From contig NC_134026.1 in the NCBI RefSeq assembly GCF_964204645.1, positions 17,084,150 to 17,148,149 of the forward strand: a stretch of DNA of 64,000 nucleotides, in the 5' to 3' direction. The position numbers were made by a program, and so were the translations under genes. Each line of letters opens with the position of its first letter. Positions within the stretch are counted from its first letter, which is position 1. Of this stretch, positions 27,812 to 41,270 are shown piece after piece. The notes beneath the pieces were generated by a model. The model was not told where the DNA came from, made no database searches, and saw nothing but the letters and a program-made list of their open reading frames with translations. The DNA is from Tubulanus polymorphus (taxonomy: Eukaryota; Animalia; Nemertea).

Positions 27812-28656
27812 TAGTCCGATATACGACATTATGGTGCAACCTGCAGAGATAATTTTGGAGTAAATCGGGGAATTAATGCGCAAGCTGAAACACAAAAGCG
27901 TAATAATATGAACTAAAAGAAGTTCCATGAAAATAGATCCTTGATTTGGGATCCATATTCTACAGCTGATGGCACGCGACACCTTACATACTAACCTTAC
28001 ATACTAGGGTGATGAGTCTGCAGGACGGTTGACAGATGACACCCTACACATCAGTTGGGTGACGACTCCACAGGTCGGTTGACAGATGACACACTACATA
28101 ACAGTTAGATGACGACTCTAAAGGACGGTTGACAGATGACACCGTCAGTAACGAGATAACTGTACAGGACGGTTGACGATATGCCTCTCACGCCAGTTAG
28201 GTTCCGTGTGAACGAGTACACTGATCGTCATGTATTCTGCTTCGATGACATCGATCACCTAATTAATTATTCCCTAAAATAATTTGTTACTAAGTTTACA
28301 TATTATTTTGTTATATACTAGCAGGAAACTCGTCCTCGACAGGTTGGTAGATGTGAAGACACACACATCAGTGGAGACATTTACAGCAGCGTCACATTTC
28401 TTTATATTAAATGATATATTCATGGTCCTTAACAGAGAAACAGTCTCCCAACAGCCAATGTATAGTTCACTTATTCCTGAATTGATGCCTCACAGTAACC
28501 CTTAACTATAATCCTAACCCTAACCCTAATCATTCACATTTTGGCCCAAGTCCGATATACGACATTATAGTGCAACGTGTAGAGATACTTTTGGAGTAAA
28601 TCGGGGAATTAATGCGCAAGCTGAAACATAAACGCGTAGTAATATGGAACTAAAAT
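27812..28656. repeat. Two ~105-bp direct repeats (27812-27918, 28548-28656)
   Basis: AGTCCGATATACGACATTAT...GGAGTAAATCGGGGAATTAATGCGCAAGCTGAAACA in both. Confidence 0.85.
28005..28180. repeat. ~49-bp minisatellite, 3-4 copies
   Basis: GGACGGTTGACAGATGACAC core repeated. Confidence 0.85.
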
Positions 28657-28867
28657 ATGGACCAACGAGCTCGCTGACAACCATGTGAATGTTTTAACTA
28701 TCTATAGTACCTCACCTTACCCTAATCCTTTCCCTAGGGGTAAAACGGAACCCTCTGGACCCTCTTCTCACCCTTTTGACACTAACCCTATCGAAACCCT
28801 AGCCCTAGACCCAATATAATGATTTTATTGTTACTTTTTTATTAGTTAATACTATATATTAACATAT

Positions 28868-28871
<4 letters not shown>

Positions 28872-28954
<83 letters not shown>

Positions 28955-28979
28955 GTATATATATATGTATATATATATA
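28872..28979. repeat. (TA)n microsatellite
   Basis: Read directly. Confidence 0.97.
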
Positions 28980-29294
28980 AAATAATGGAAAATAAAAATA
29001 ATGGAAAAATAATGGAACGGTATAATAATGGAATTAAATACTTATCCGTATACGGTTAAATATCCACTTCGTAAAAGGCTAAACGCTGGTGTAATAATCT
29101 TGGGTCTGTATCGCAGTCCGGAAAAATCCTGCGTTTCGGCGATTCGGCGTTTCGGCGTTAAGCGGTTGGCGAAAGTGTTTCTGGAGCTGGCTTAAAGAAT
29201 AAATGCCTTGTCGCAGACATGGTAGGACATCCTTTACGAAATCAATTAGATAGAATTCATGCTTGAATCAGCTGCTATCTGTGCTGACGGATTG

Positions 29295-29452
29295 GGCCAA
29301 ATTCGGTTTTCGTATCTAGTCGACTAGTGGTCGGAACTAATAACCGAATGCGCTTGATTTTCGAACTATTTCCGGAATATAGTTCCGACTATCGGACATT
29401 CGGTTTCGTTTAGTTCGACTATAGTCGACTAACTCAGATAACCGAAGGTGGC
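29295..29452. mobile_element. Small palindromic MITE
   Basis: TTCGGTT...AACCGAA ends and mirrored TAGTCGACTA / GTCGGAACTA / TAGTTCCGAC units. Confidence 0.5.
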
Positions 29453-32400
29453 ATTGGTTGTTGATATTTCGTTTTTATACCGAAATAACGTAACGCTCAA
29501 TGCAGCATGAACTTAAATAGGTAAATATGGGGACGCTTATTCACGCATGAACTTGCCTGTTTTGACAGTGAAATTGCTAAAGTGCATGCGAATGTGCCCC
29601 GGAAATAGATTTGCAATTTTATTCATGTACCTTTTTTGGTATTTTCGAAATATTAAACATATATAGGCCTATGTCATCCGCAACCTTATGATTCTTACAC
29701 AATGCATATATGATAAACAATGACAATCTATAATGAAGAAAAATATCAGCAAGAGGCAGATGAAATAAAAGCCACACTGCAGTCATGGTTGACAGGTTGC
29801 CAGCTCGTCCCGTCGTTTACTCTAAATGTCAACTGTCAACTGTCAAACGCTGTTAACACTGACCGCAGAACCCAGTGTAACTCTACACACGCACTATAAT
29901 GTCGTATACTGGACTAGCGCCCACATTTTAAACTATGCCAAAAACCTTCCCAAGGTTATTTAGGACCAAAGATTGTCACATCAACATAAAAAACCACCCA
30001 ATAACCATATTTTAAAGTGTTTTTGGAGGACACATCATGATGATGTGTCCTCCAAAAACCACCTGTTCTCGTAGTTTAATTTAGGTGTCGCCTGTAAACT
30101 GCTGTGAACACTAACCGAATAACGCGGTGTAACACACGCACTATAATGTCGTATACTGGACTAGCGCCGAAATATGCTTTGTATAGTTCGAAAGAAAAAT
30201 TGATCACAAGTCTTCTTTATATGTAAAAATTGATTGATTCGCTACCCTTTGATGTAAAATGTCACCGGAGAAAACATGAAATGTTCCTAAATGTTCTTAC
30301 GAACACAAATCAATCAGTAGTGAATTCAATGTATATTAAAGACACATAAGTTGCAAGAAAATAATTTGTGTATATACGGAAAAAGGTGACTGTTTGATAT
30401 CATAGCACACTGTTTTGTGTGGGTAATGGACTAAAATGGCAAACAACAGAATTTTGAATCGAACTCCGCTAAAACTAGAAAATTTGCTTCCTTCTATGAT
30501 AGTCGACTTTGAAAGCAATTTGAAAGGCGAGCACCACCTAGTCACGCGTTATCTTACACAAGAAAATTTATTTCAATAAATCATTTGACAGCTGCGAAAA
30601 AGTGTAGACACGTAGAGTTGGATAAGCTAATGTGCGATTGCAAATTTGAAATCGAAGTTTTAATAAATTTTGGGAATTATGAGATTTGGCGATAGGGTAG
30701 GTGATACAGGTCTTCGACTGTAAATTGTGGTTTAATTTTTTGTTCAAAATTGTCAATTATGGGTTATCGACATATTACGAATTAGAGGTCGGGATAATTT
30801 CATTCAGTTTTCATATAATAAGGCAAATAGAAATTTTTCCGCGTTTAACAAGGAAACTTTACGGCAGACTTCACATAACTGCTGGCATACTTCATTTGCA
30901 AATACGCATATCTCCTGTTTAATTCTCCCTTAGCTGAGGGAGGGAGGGAGAACGTGTTCATAAAACACTTTGGCGTTTAATATCAAATGTCTTTCTTCAA
31001 TCTTTTGTTCTATCAATTTATTGCATGTCTTAACCTACGTATAAATGTTATATACGGCGCTATAAATATAAGTTCAAGTTCAAGTTAAGCTTGTTACAAT
31101 GTCACCTGGTACACATGCCATCAGAGGACGCGGAGCCGTATACAACAGCTAAGCTATTATTGCTAAACGGGATCGTTCTCATGAAACCTGCATACCCCTA
31201 ATATCGAACATATTTTCTAAAACATTTGAATATTGAAATTATTTGTTTACAAATTTTTATATTGACCGCTTGTAGCCGCCGATGAAATTCACGCCGGCCC
31301 CACTCAGATCATAGATAGCTTCGTCATTCCACCAGCATCCCTATGGACAGGGTCATACTTTTATATCAGACTTCTAAATCGTGTATACATCCGCCATTTT
31401 GACCATCTTATTTACCTATCATTTCTATTTATGCCTGCCGTTTCTAATATAATCATACGATCCATTACACCATTATATTACGTCTTCTCATGATATTCAA
31501 TGCAATAATATTTCGACGTTCAAATAGGGCTCATTATATAATCAAAGGAAGACATTCTACATCTTCTAATATTTTGCCAAATAGCTTGTATGTGTACATA
31601 TAGACCGGTGACGTTTTGCACATCGATTTACTGTAGTGATTGTAAAATGACGCTGAATTGTTAACACTGTTTAGGTTTCAAAATGGTAACGTTTTATAAG
31701 GCGTCAGAAAATTGCAGTAACAAGAAATGAACGTTACAATTAGACTTTTCCAAGTTAAGTAAAATACTACATGCGCTGGGGAAACCGTGTAAACATCCAG
31801 ACATTGCATTTTGGCTACATTGAATAGACCACCATTTGAGTTTTGTTGTGTTTTTATCACTCTGAAGTAATATCTTAAAAAGGTGATCGCATTAAACTAG
31901 ATTCGAATAAATATTCTGCTAGTATTATTACAAATATCTCTTGACGGGGTTTACTCGAAAGTTACGTCAGAGGGTCAGGGTTCAAAAATTAATTCATATC
32001 TTTTAAGTTTTCAGCGCCCTGCACAAAAGTAATTTGTAAATGAAGCGACTTATGAAGTTATGAAGTCAGAATTTGACCTTTTCCGCGATGAAATGTTTAA
32101 ACACAAGTAGTACTCAAATATGGGTGACCCAATTTTTAAACAAGGATTTTGCACCTAGCTCCTTAGCTGGAAACGGTAGAAAAGGCTCCTGTTGCATTCA
32201 GCAGCCCTTCTCTTAAAAGTTCAGACGCTCTACAGTTAATAGTCGGTAAATGATTGGCATGCGGTCCAATGTGAAAACTTTTCAAATTTTGATAGTGTTT
32301 GGATACTATGATTTATTTGGTTACACGAGGCAATGGTATGACCGTACATTCTCCGTCGGAGTATTCCAAGGCAATTGGTGAATATTGAACACTTCTTATG

Positions 32401-32978
32401 AAGTTTTTAAACACAGAAACTACGATAATCATCCGATGGTTATCATTGAAAAGAAACTTTGCGTACATTGTTTTATTTCAGGCACGTTAGAAAAAAACTT
32501 AGTCAGTCAGAAAATTGAATGGATTGAAACCTACCCTGTCTATACCTGGACGTGGTCTTTATGATATCAAGGGCGGACCTAGGATTACGGGAGGGGGGGA
32601 TTGGTGGCTGAACTGAAAGGAAATGTTAAATCGTACCTGCTCCACTTCTCGCACAAAGACGAAGTCTCCAAGGGGGTATGGGGAGGGCTCCCCGAGGAAA
32701 ATTTTGAAAATCAGATGCTCTCGGATGCATTTTCCATGGTTTTCACTGCTTATATTAAATTTGACACTCGAAAAACAAGGGGTCCAGGGACACCACGCCC
32801 ACTTGGGAAGTTGTTGAAATACTCAACTAACATACCTTAAAACTAGGTACTCACATTTTAGTCTCCAAAGTCGTCAAAATTTATCGATGATAACTTGTAT
32901 ATCAAATTAGGTATATTCGATGATTCAATAATGTTGGGATTAAGAAACATTAGTTGATTATTTATTCATTGATTATTG

Positions 32979-34314
32979 CAGTCAACCCCCGATATTCCGG
33001 GCTGTTCGAATATCACGGATACCGGATACCGGACACCTAAATACCGGATACTCGAGATTGCGGAGTATATAGCGCATCGGGTCTAAGGATTCGTTTCCGT
33101 GTTGTTGTAAGTAGTACTGCCGCGACATACAATTCATTTATGTCAAATTGTTACAGCGGCTAACCAACTTATTTGTCTTAATGCTAGCCTGATAACAGCC
33201 TTCTCTCACGTTTTAAGTGTCATCATCGATCTCAATATTATACATATTTTTTTCTGAATACTGTTTTTCTTTGGTTAGGTGAAGTTAAACGTTATATTCA
33301 TTTTTTATTATCTTACTTCACTGGTGATGGATATGTATTGGTGGCCCTTTTTGGTTTTTCTGTAAAATCCTTTCATTAATAGGGCTGAGTACTGCTAGGC
33401 CCTATATCTCAAGTTTGAAGGCCATAAGCGAGTCTGGCAGTTCTAAAGTTTCTTCTAATAAAGTTTGTTTTAAAGATCTCTACATTTTGTATTTGTTGAT
33501 TTACGATGGAATAGTTGAGCTGAACACCAATGAAATACAAGTATTTACAAACAAAGAATTGAAATTCGTTTTCTTATTTTATGGAGGAGAATATTCGGTA
33601 TATTCTATTTATTGGACGATATGTCTACATTTCATTCTCAATCACGATGTCCCTAAAAATGAAATTGAGTCTATGGCGATCGTCGAAAATCAACACCCCT
33701 GGACACCAATTGTTTTGGTATAACCTTCAAAAATCAGTTCGTCAAATACCGGTACCTACCATACCTCTAAGTGACTATTTACCCTGATGTTAAATTTAAT
33801 TCTAAAGATCATGAAAATATAGATCGTCAATAACGCTTAACTTTATTAAAATGGCCTTCTTCGTGAAACTGAATGATAAAGATATTTTGTATTGTACAGT
33901 AGCTCTGCCCAAAACGGTCTATTCGGTAATCCGTTCAAATTGGCAGAATGATAAAAAATATTTTCTGTCTACTGTTTGTTACCGTGACTGTCGTATGTAA
34001 TCGTGTTATTACTCGGAAGCAATAAATCTGTTTGAATTGTCTATACCGGTAACATTTGTATGCTACTGTACTTGAAAAGCATATACCGATGTATTATGAA
34101 AATAGTATAGGCCTTTTATTCTTCTACTAGATCTCACACGAACTGCCGTTTACCGCTGACCATTAGACCCGATGCGCTATATACTCCGCAATCTCGGGTA
34201 TCCGGTATCCTGTATTTAGGTGTCCGGTATCCGGTATCCGTGATATTCGAACAGCCGATATTCCGCCCTCCCATTTAGCGCCAACGGTCATACCGGTATA
34301 TCGGGGGTTGACTG
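32979..34314. mobile_element. Tiny Tc1/mariner (pogo/Tigger-like) MITE split by a MULE insertion
   Basis: TIR CAGTCAACCCCCGATAT / ATATCGGGGGTTGACTG, TA on the right flank. Confidence 0.75.
33000..34256. mobile_element. Non-autonomous Mutator-like element (MULE)
   Basis: ~90-bp TIRs starting GGCTGTTCGAATATCACGG; perfect 9-bp TSD GATATTCCG (32991-32999, 34257-34265). Confidence 0.85.
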
Positions 34315-34438
34315 TAATTCATTATAGATTAATTACCGGGGTTTTCTGTTTTCGATGGATACCAAGCTTCAAATGATTCCGAAAATTATGCTACTGCAAA
34401 CTGTTTACGAAATTTTCAACATACATAATATATCAGAG

Positions 34439-34768
34439 GCATTAATGACAGCCGTTACAGGTTGAGGTTTATCAGCTGATATCTTGTAAACTAATCAAGA
34501 TAGACCAAAAGTGAAAAACAGTTTTCAACAGAGAAATACATAAGACTTATCTAATAATATAAACAAAATAATTCGCTACATAATATGTATTGTTTTTGGT
34601 CAAGGTTTTGGTCAACAGATACTATCTGTTGACAAAAACCTTGAAGGAAAGTGCTAGGGAATTGCTGGCCAGACTTGAGACATTTATATTCATTTTTTTT
34701 GGTTGAAATGTGTAGTCTAGTGTTAATAGACCATAAACGCTACGTCGGATTAAAGCTGTCATTAATGC
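34439..34768. mobile_element. Possible MITE
   Basis: 14-bp perfect inverted repeat GCATTAATGACAGC. Confidence 0.45.
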
Positions 34769-35758
34769 TGCTATTTCCATGTATGATAATTTGTTGTTTC
34801 GTCAAGTTAATGTAATTGCAATGGGTAGCACCCAACTCCCACGATCTCATATTCCTGTTTGGACATACTAAATCACTTTCCTTCAAAATAACCTATTAAA
34901 AAGTGTGATTCGACAATTACTCACAAAGACACATAGAGAATGTATACACCTGAGTTAGTACGTATCGATTGTACCGATAATATATTGTGAAAATCTCGGT
35001 TTTAATGAAGGTAAATTTCAGCAGATTGCAACAAATAAAAATGCGCGCAGCGCATTTAAAGAAATCCAAATTCAACGATAATTTTCTCGCAGTGATTTGC
35101 AAAAGAAGTCATCCTTAACCATTTTTTTCGTTTTGCAATAAAATCATTTTTATGAGTCATTTCTACATGTGACCTGCGACTAGAATGCGCAGGTGACCAT
35201 TTATCAATGAAGAAAATCCGCATAATGACTTGAGCATCACATAGATCTCTCAGACTTACCTTGCACGCGTTGCTTGGAAACATTTGATGGAATGTGCGAG
35301 CAACTACCTTACCAGCAGGCTTATAACAACACAACACAACGGTACACTCCTGCTGGTGAATGCGTATCCAATACATGTTCAGATGTTAACATAATGATCT
35401 GCAATTTTGCACTATACAGCCTCAACGGATTTTCATTTACGACCGGCCTCAAAATGGTTACGGAAATGTTTGCAAAAAAGTGCCATTGATTGTAATCATA
35501 GATGTATGTGTTATAGGTAACCAAAAAACGCATAGACCTCTAACCTATTCGCAAATAGAAGCGATTATCTGTGACTAATGGCAGGATGATATTAATTGAT
35601 CCCCCTAATCAAAGTTTGTTTAGGTTTGATCGCAGCACATTGAGAACCCATGTCCTGTTCCCGTTTGAGGCATTCCAAGCCGGAACGATGATCGACAATG
35701 GGAGATCAGTTGTGTGGAATGCCTGAAACAACACTGACAATTAATCTGTGGAATGTTA

Positions 35759-36244
35759 AGGCTGGTTTCAACGAGCGGTTTCCAGCTAGGTTTTTCCTGC
35801 GGCTTTTTCCAGCTACGTGAAAACGACTTCAGCGGCACACATTTTCACGTAGCATGGTTCCAGCCAGCTTTTTCCTGCAGCTTTTTCCAGCTACCTGAAA
35901 ACGCCCCGAGCAACAATAATTACGAATGTGCATGGTCACCCGGACAACCGAACTTCAATACCAGTGGCACGCATTTTTACGAGCGGTTTCCAGCCACCGG
36001 ACAAAAAAAGCTATTGCACGCAATAGCTGGAAATTGCCGCTGGTAGCTGGAAACCGCTGCCGCATTTTGACCATTTCACGAGCGTTTTTGGTGACAGAGC
36101 TGGAAACCGCTGCGGCAAGCATTTTTACGAGCGGTTTCCAGCCAGCAATTTCCAGCTGAGAAATTTTGTAGTAGCTTTTTCCAGCTGCGGTTTCCTGCGG
36201 CAGCTGGAAAAAGCTAGCTGGAAACCGCTAGTGAAAGCCAGCCT
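35759..36244. mobile_element. PIF/Harbinger-like MITE
   Basis: TIR AGGCTGGTTTCA..AGCGGTTTCCAGCTAG, TTA TSD, many internal TTCCAGC/GCTGGAA units. Confidence 0.8.
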
Positions 36245-38731
36245 TTAGTAGGGTAAACATGTACGTATCCACCGTATTTTTCTCTGGTTGAAATAAGCTA
36301 AAATCCTTGCAAATGGTATTTACAGTGGCTTATTTTTCAAACTTTCCCCGAGAAGCAGCCCAGACCCCTTTTCGATAGTTGTAGACTGCATATCTTTAAT
36401 AATTATTGTCCTTTCCATCGGGCGCTAAACCACGATATAAGCTCTGGATCCGCCCATGCTCAAGAAAGTGCGAATATTGCGTGTTTGCTTCAGTAATTGC
36501 AAAATCAGCGTTCCAGGCCAGAGGGCGAGAGGGTGTCACATAACACATCACCACTCATCACCACGCGTAATTTTTTTCTATATTAATGGGAGACAGAAAA
36601 ACATTCTTAGTGTCAATAAATAATGGAATAAAACCAACATAAAAACAATATGAAATTAAGAAATTATTTGATGATGTTTCACATGAAATTGAAACAGAGT
36701 AATAAAATTAGAAAAAATTAAAACTAAATATTGTGAAAAATATCAGCAAATTGAAGTTATTGTAATGTAAACACAGCAAAGTATTTTACCTGATAAATGG
36801 TCTACTATAGATTAAGGTGAAGTAAAAAAGATTTAGAAGGTTATAAAATAATTTATTCGGGGAAAAATGAAGATGGCCATTATGATTAAGAAATTATTGA
36901 ATGAATATTTAATAATATTTAAGTGCAATATATAACATTTAAGTGCATGAAATAAAAATAAGATAATCAATCTTTTGTAATGCTTTTTTTCACACTACGA
37001 GGACACAACAAGGAGAAAAAATGGATGATTTTTTTTAGAATTAAAAACGAGGACAAAACGAGGTGTGAAAAATTGATGATTTTTGGTTCGAAGAATGAGA
37101 ACCTAAGCTATCGTCAAGTTGCAGTCATGAAGTCACGTGAAAGGATCGGAAGATTTTTTTTTAGATCGAGTGATACGCCTCAATGAAATAGGTCCACATA
37201 CGTAATTCGCTTGTCTTACGAATATTATAATTATCATGATAGATATATTCAAATTCTCTGAATAATATCATTTTCTAAAATCATGCGTAATGAATGCCGA
37301 TTTAGCGGTTGGTTAAAACAAATCATTACATCTACTCGCGCATAATTACACCATCAATGCTGAGCCTGTTAAAGCGCCAGTAACCGTGCGTACAGCCATA
37401 CACACGTTGATGCCGACACCGGCTTCCACTTCAAAAGTTAAGAACAAAATATTAGAAATATTTGTGATCCGATTTACACGAAATAAACCTTCAAAGTAAG
37501 GTATTTAGCATCGGATATTGTGCCGAAAATTCTAGATTGATACACAACATAGTTTTTCCAATTATGTTGATTGACAGGCAGGCTCAGCTGCGCGCCTCAT
37601 TTCATTGATGACGTCAGATGTAAACAATAACATTACCACGTGCGCAATGCAAGCGGTAAACAAATTGAATTTTTTCAAACAAACTTCTCTAATGGAATAT
37701 CAATTTCTTTTCATAATTTGCCTTTCTTTTATGTGATTTATAATTTGTACATCAGACTTCGCTTCTTCGAACCCCAGGACTTTGAAGTCCTCTTGTTAAG
37801 AATTAAAAACGAGGTTAAGACGAGGAGTAAAAATTCAATGATTTTAAAGAACTAAAAACGAGAAGAATGAATTTTGATTTCTTTTTCTTTTCTAATTAAA
37901 ATGTTTGCTTAATAAATGGAAACAATTCAAACAATGCTTTATCAAATTGATGGTAATGAATTAAAAAATTTATTAGATTTAATGGAAATCAAACATTATA
38001 TTCCTTTCAATTAATTAGATATTAAGAAATCTTATACGATATATAACAGTAAATATTTAATATTAGATGGTGAAATATTTAGAATAATGGAATTAGTGAT
38101 GAAAATAATGACAAAATATTCAATACGTTATTAACTGATTTATTAGAACTTAGTGATTTAATTCATGAAATCAAACAATGTTTAAAAGGATCTAGTTTTC
38201 AAAGAAATAAGACAGCATATTTTCGTAGAGATTTTAATGAACTTTATTATTCAAACATTAAATAAAATCCTAAAATCAATTATTTAAACAATAATTCAGA
38301 TAATAAAACTTATGAAGACAAATCGATACAATGTGACTTAGAAAATGAAAAAATTGTTGAAATAATTGATGAAATTAATAAATTGTGAAAATATGATAGT
38401 AAATGTATATCTGTTGTTTCAGGCCAGAGGTCGGAAGGTCGAGTGAATAAAACGGAATATGAAAAGTAATATTAATTTCTAACTATAATATATATTCATA
38501 GTCGTGTGTATTACTACTAATAGATATGATAATAACTCAATAATTAATTTAGAATATGAAGGATTAAAAGGCAATAAATATAAATTCAGGAAAAACTTAC
38601 TACATAGAATCACTTATCAAGTGAAGATATTGAAAAATTATGTTCCGGTGATTTCTATTTCACATATAAAGGTAAGAATGAAAAAGGGCACCATGATATA
38701 GATTTCGAATTTAAAAAAATATGTAAAATAA

Positions 38732-39447
38732 ATGCAAGATAAATTAAAAGAATATAGATTATTTCTTGATTCTAGAAGACTTACAAATTATAAATCACAA
38801 AATTTGATAATACAACCAGATAGAGAATTTAAAAATTGTGTAGATTTATGATTAGTAAATACTAGTTTATGTAATTCTTTTTATAATATACCGGATAACT
38901 CTTGAACATTTAATTTTTTCAATCTTTGTTAGGAATAAGGATAAATGGCATCGTCTATTTTTGAAACCAGGATTATATAATTCTGAAACATTAGTGGAAG
39001 AAATTAATAGAAAAGCTCGGGTCAGATTAGGTTGTGATGGTGGATTTAACATTAGAATTTTAAAAAGTGATAGTTCCAATAAAATAAGGATTAGGTTAGC
39101 TCATGATGAAAGACATCATTTTTAGTTAAAAAACCTATAGCTAAACTGTTAGGAATTACACCAGATAAACTTTATTCAAATGTTGATACTAACCCAAACT
39201 TGAATAATTGATATTTTTTTTATAATAATAAATATGAATATAATTGTAGGACCGAGTATATGTTTTGAAGAGTATATGTTTTATATGTATATGTTTTTAC
39301 TTTCTTTGAGATTTCATGAATCAGATGAAGATTTTATTAATGATGATCTCAAAAACATTATAACTGAAATATATGATAATCATAAAAGTAGTGTTGAAAT
39401 AAATTATAACAAAGATAACTATATATTTTGAAGATAGTAATTTTTGA
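38732..39447 (+). pseudogene. Third, deleted copy of penton-like gene plus the following GPSICF gene
   Basis: MQDKLKEYRLFLDSRRL start and MNIIVGPSICF, homologous to 40135 and 40908. Confidence 0.8.
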
Positions 39448-40134
39448 CGCCTTATAAATCGTTACCATTATGACACCTAAAAAATGTTAACCATTCAGCC
39501 TCATTTTACAAACGACAACCGTAAATCGATGTGCAAAACGTTACAGGTCTATGTGTACACATACCAGCTATTTGGCAAAATATTATTGACAAAGATGTAG
39601 AATGGCTTCCTGTGATTATATAATAACCTCTATTTGAACGTCGAAATGTTATATTGCATTGAATATCATTAGAAGACGTAATGTAATAGTGTAATGGTTG
39701 TATTATTATATCAGAAACGGCAGGTATAAATAGAAATGATAAGTAAATCGGATTATTCGGTAAAATGGCGGATGTTTACAAGATGCGGAAGTCTGATATG
39801 AAAGTCAGACCCTGAAATGGGGATGCTGGTGGAATGACGAAGCTATCTACGATCCTCCGGTTCCTATTTTCGAGATTGGTAGAATTTACATTGGGCGCCT
39901 TAAATATAATGTGATTTCTGCCAATCATTGAAGGAGATCTCGTGAGACGGGGTCGCAGGGAATGTGAGTATAAATGACGGGGGATAAGCATCCCGTGGCG
40001 CCTTTCAATAATGGGATGCTTATCCCCTGAAAACTCTGTAGGTCGAGGATAGGGTAATTTTGCTAAAACTTATGAGAATATTTGGAAAAATGTTCATAAA
40101 ATTAATTTACCTAGTAATTTTTTTTGTTTAATAA

Positions 40135-40905
40135 ATGCAAGATAAATTAAAAGAATACAGAATATTTGTTGATTCTAGAAAACTTACAAATTATAAATCT
40201 CATAATTTACTAGTACAACTAGATAGAGAATTTAAGAATTGTGTTGATTTAAAATTAGTCAATGTAATTTTATGTTATTCTTTTCATAATATATCGAATA
40301 AAAGTCTTGATCATTTAGCTTTTAAAATTCATGTTAGAAATTTGAATAGATGGTTTCATCTTTATCTAAAACCAGGATTATATAATTTAGAATCATTAGC
40401 GCAAGAAATTGATAAAAGAGCTCGTTTAAAAATGGGTGCATCTAGTAAGTTTGAAATTAAATTTATTAAAAGTGATAGTTCGAGTAAAATAAGAATAAAA
40501 GTAGTTAATGAACGACATAGATTTCTAGTAAGAAAACCTTTAGCTAAACTGTTTGGAATTCTTCCAGATAAAGATTATTCAAATATTAATACTTATGCAA
40601 ATATAATACCTTACACACATTTCTATATTTATTGTAATTTAATTGATCCTACAAAAACATTTGAAGCAACTAAAGATACAATTTGTAATTCTAGTATATT
40701 AAATATTTTACCATTGAAAAATGTTAAACAATTTGGAACTCAAATAAATTATAATTTAGCTGAATGTGATTTTAAACCTTGTGTTTCACGATTTAATAAT
40801 TTCAAATTAGAAGTAAGAAATCATAATGGTAACTTAATTGATTTAAATAATTTTCCTGTAATTTATGAATTAGTTATAAGATGTAAAGAGTATTTTTATA
40901 TATAA
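40135..40905 (+). CDS. Putative minor capsid protein (penton), copy A, open ORF
   Basis: YIYCNLI...ILNILPL...FKP...LEVRNHNGNLIDLN..PVIYELVI C-terminal pattern typical of Polinton minor capsids. Confidence 0.65.
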   Translation: MQDKLKEYRIFVDSRKLTNYKSHNLLVQLDREFKNCVDLKLVNVILCYSFHNISNKSLDHLAFKIHVRNLNRWFHLYLKPGLYNLESLAQEIDKRARLKMGASSKFEIKFIKSDSSSKIRIKVVNERHRFLVRKPLAKLFGILPDKDYSNINTYANIIPYTHFYIYCNLIDPTKTFEATKDTICNSSILNILPLKNVKQFGTQINYNLAECDFKPCVSRFNNFKLEVRNHNGNLIDLNNFPVIYELVIRCKEYFYI

Positions 40906-40907
40906 AT

Positions 40908-41246
40908 ATGGATATATCAGTAGGACCGAGTATATGTTTTAGATTTGATTTCAAAAGTGAGAAAGAAATGAAATTTGGTATTAATGATGTCATAACTCAT
41001 ATCAAAAATATTGCATTTTTTAATGAAACAACATTTGATTATGAAACAACAATAAATAAAGAAACTTATATTGTAGAAAAGATTACTGATTTAATTAGAA
41101 ATTCTTTAAGATTTTATGAAGTAGACGAAGATTTTATTATCGATGATATTAAAAAAATAATAACTGAAATATATGAAAATGAAACGGATAATATTATAAA
41201 TGTTGATATCATAAATGCTATTACTAAGATAACTAAATATTTTTAA
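40908..41246 (+). CDS. Polinton hypothetical protein (GPSICF), copy A
   Basis: 112-aa ORF conserved with 54122-54478. Confidence 0.7.
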   Translation: MDISVGPSICFRFDFKSEKEMKFGINDVITHIKNIAFFNETTFDYETTINKETYIVEKITDLIRNSLRFYEVDEDFIIDDIKKIITEIYENETDNIINVDIINAITKITKYF

Positions 41247-41270
41247 GGTGGTTATTTTTTTTCTAAATAA

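Noticed and set aside
28005-28180. Regularly spaced repeats resembling a CRISPR array (also 3666-3875, 61450-61735)
   Set aside because: Spacers are not unique, the context is eukaryotic and there are no cas genes
28495-28530. Telomere
   Set aside because: Only a few degenerate CCCTAA units inside an interspersed repeat
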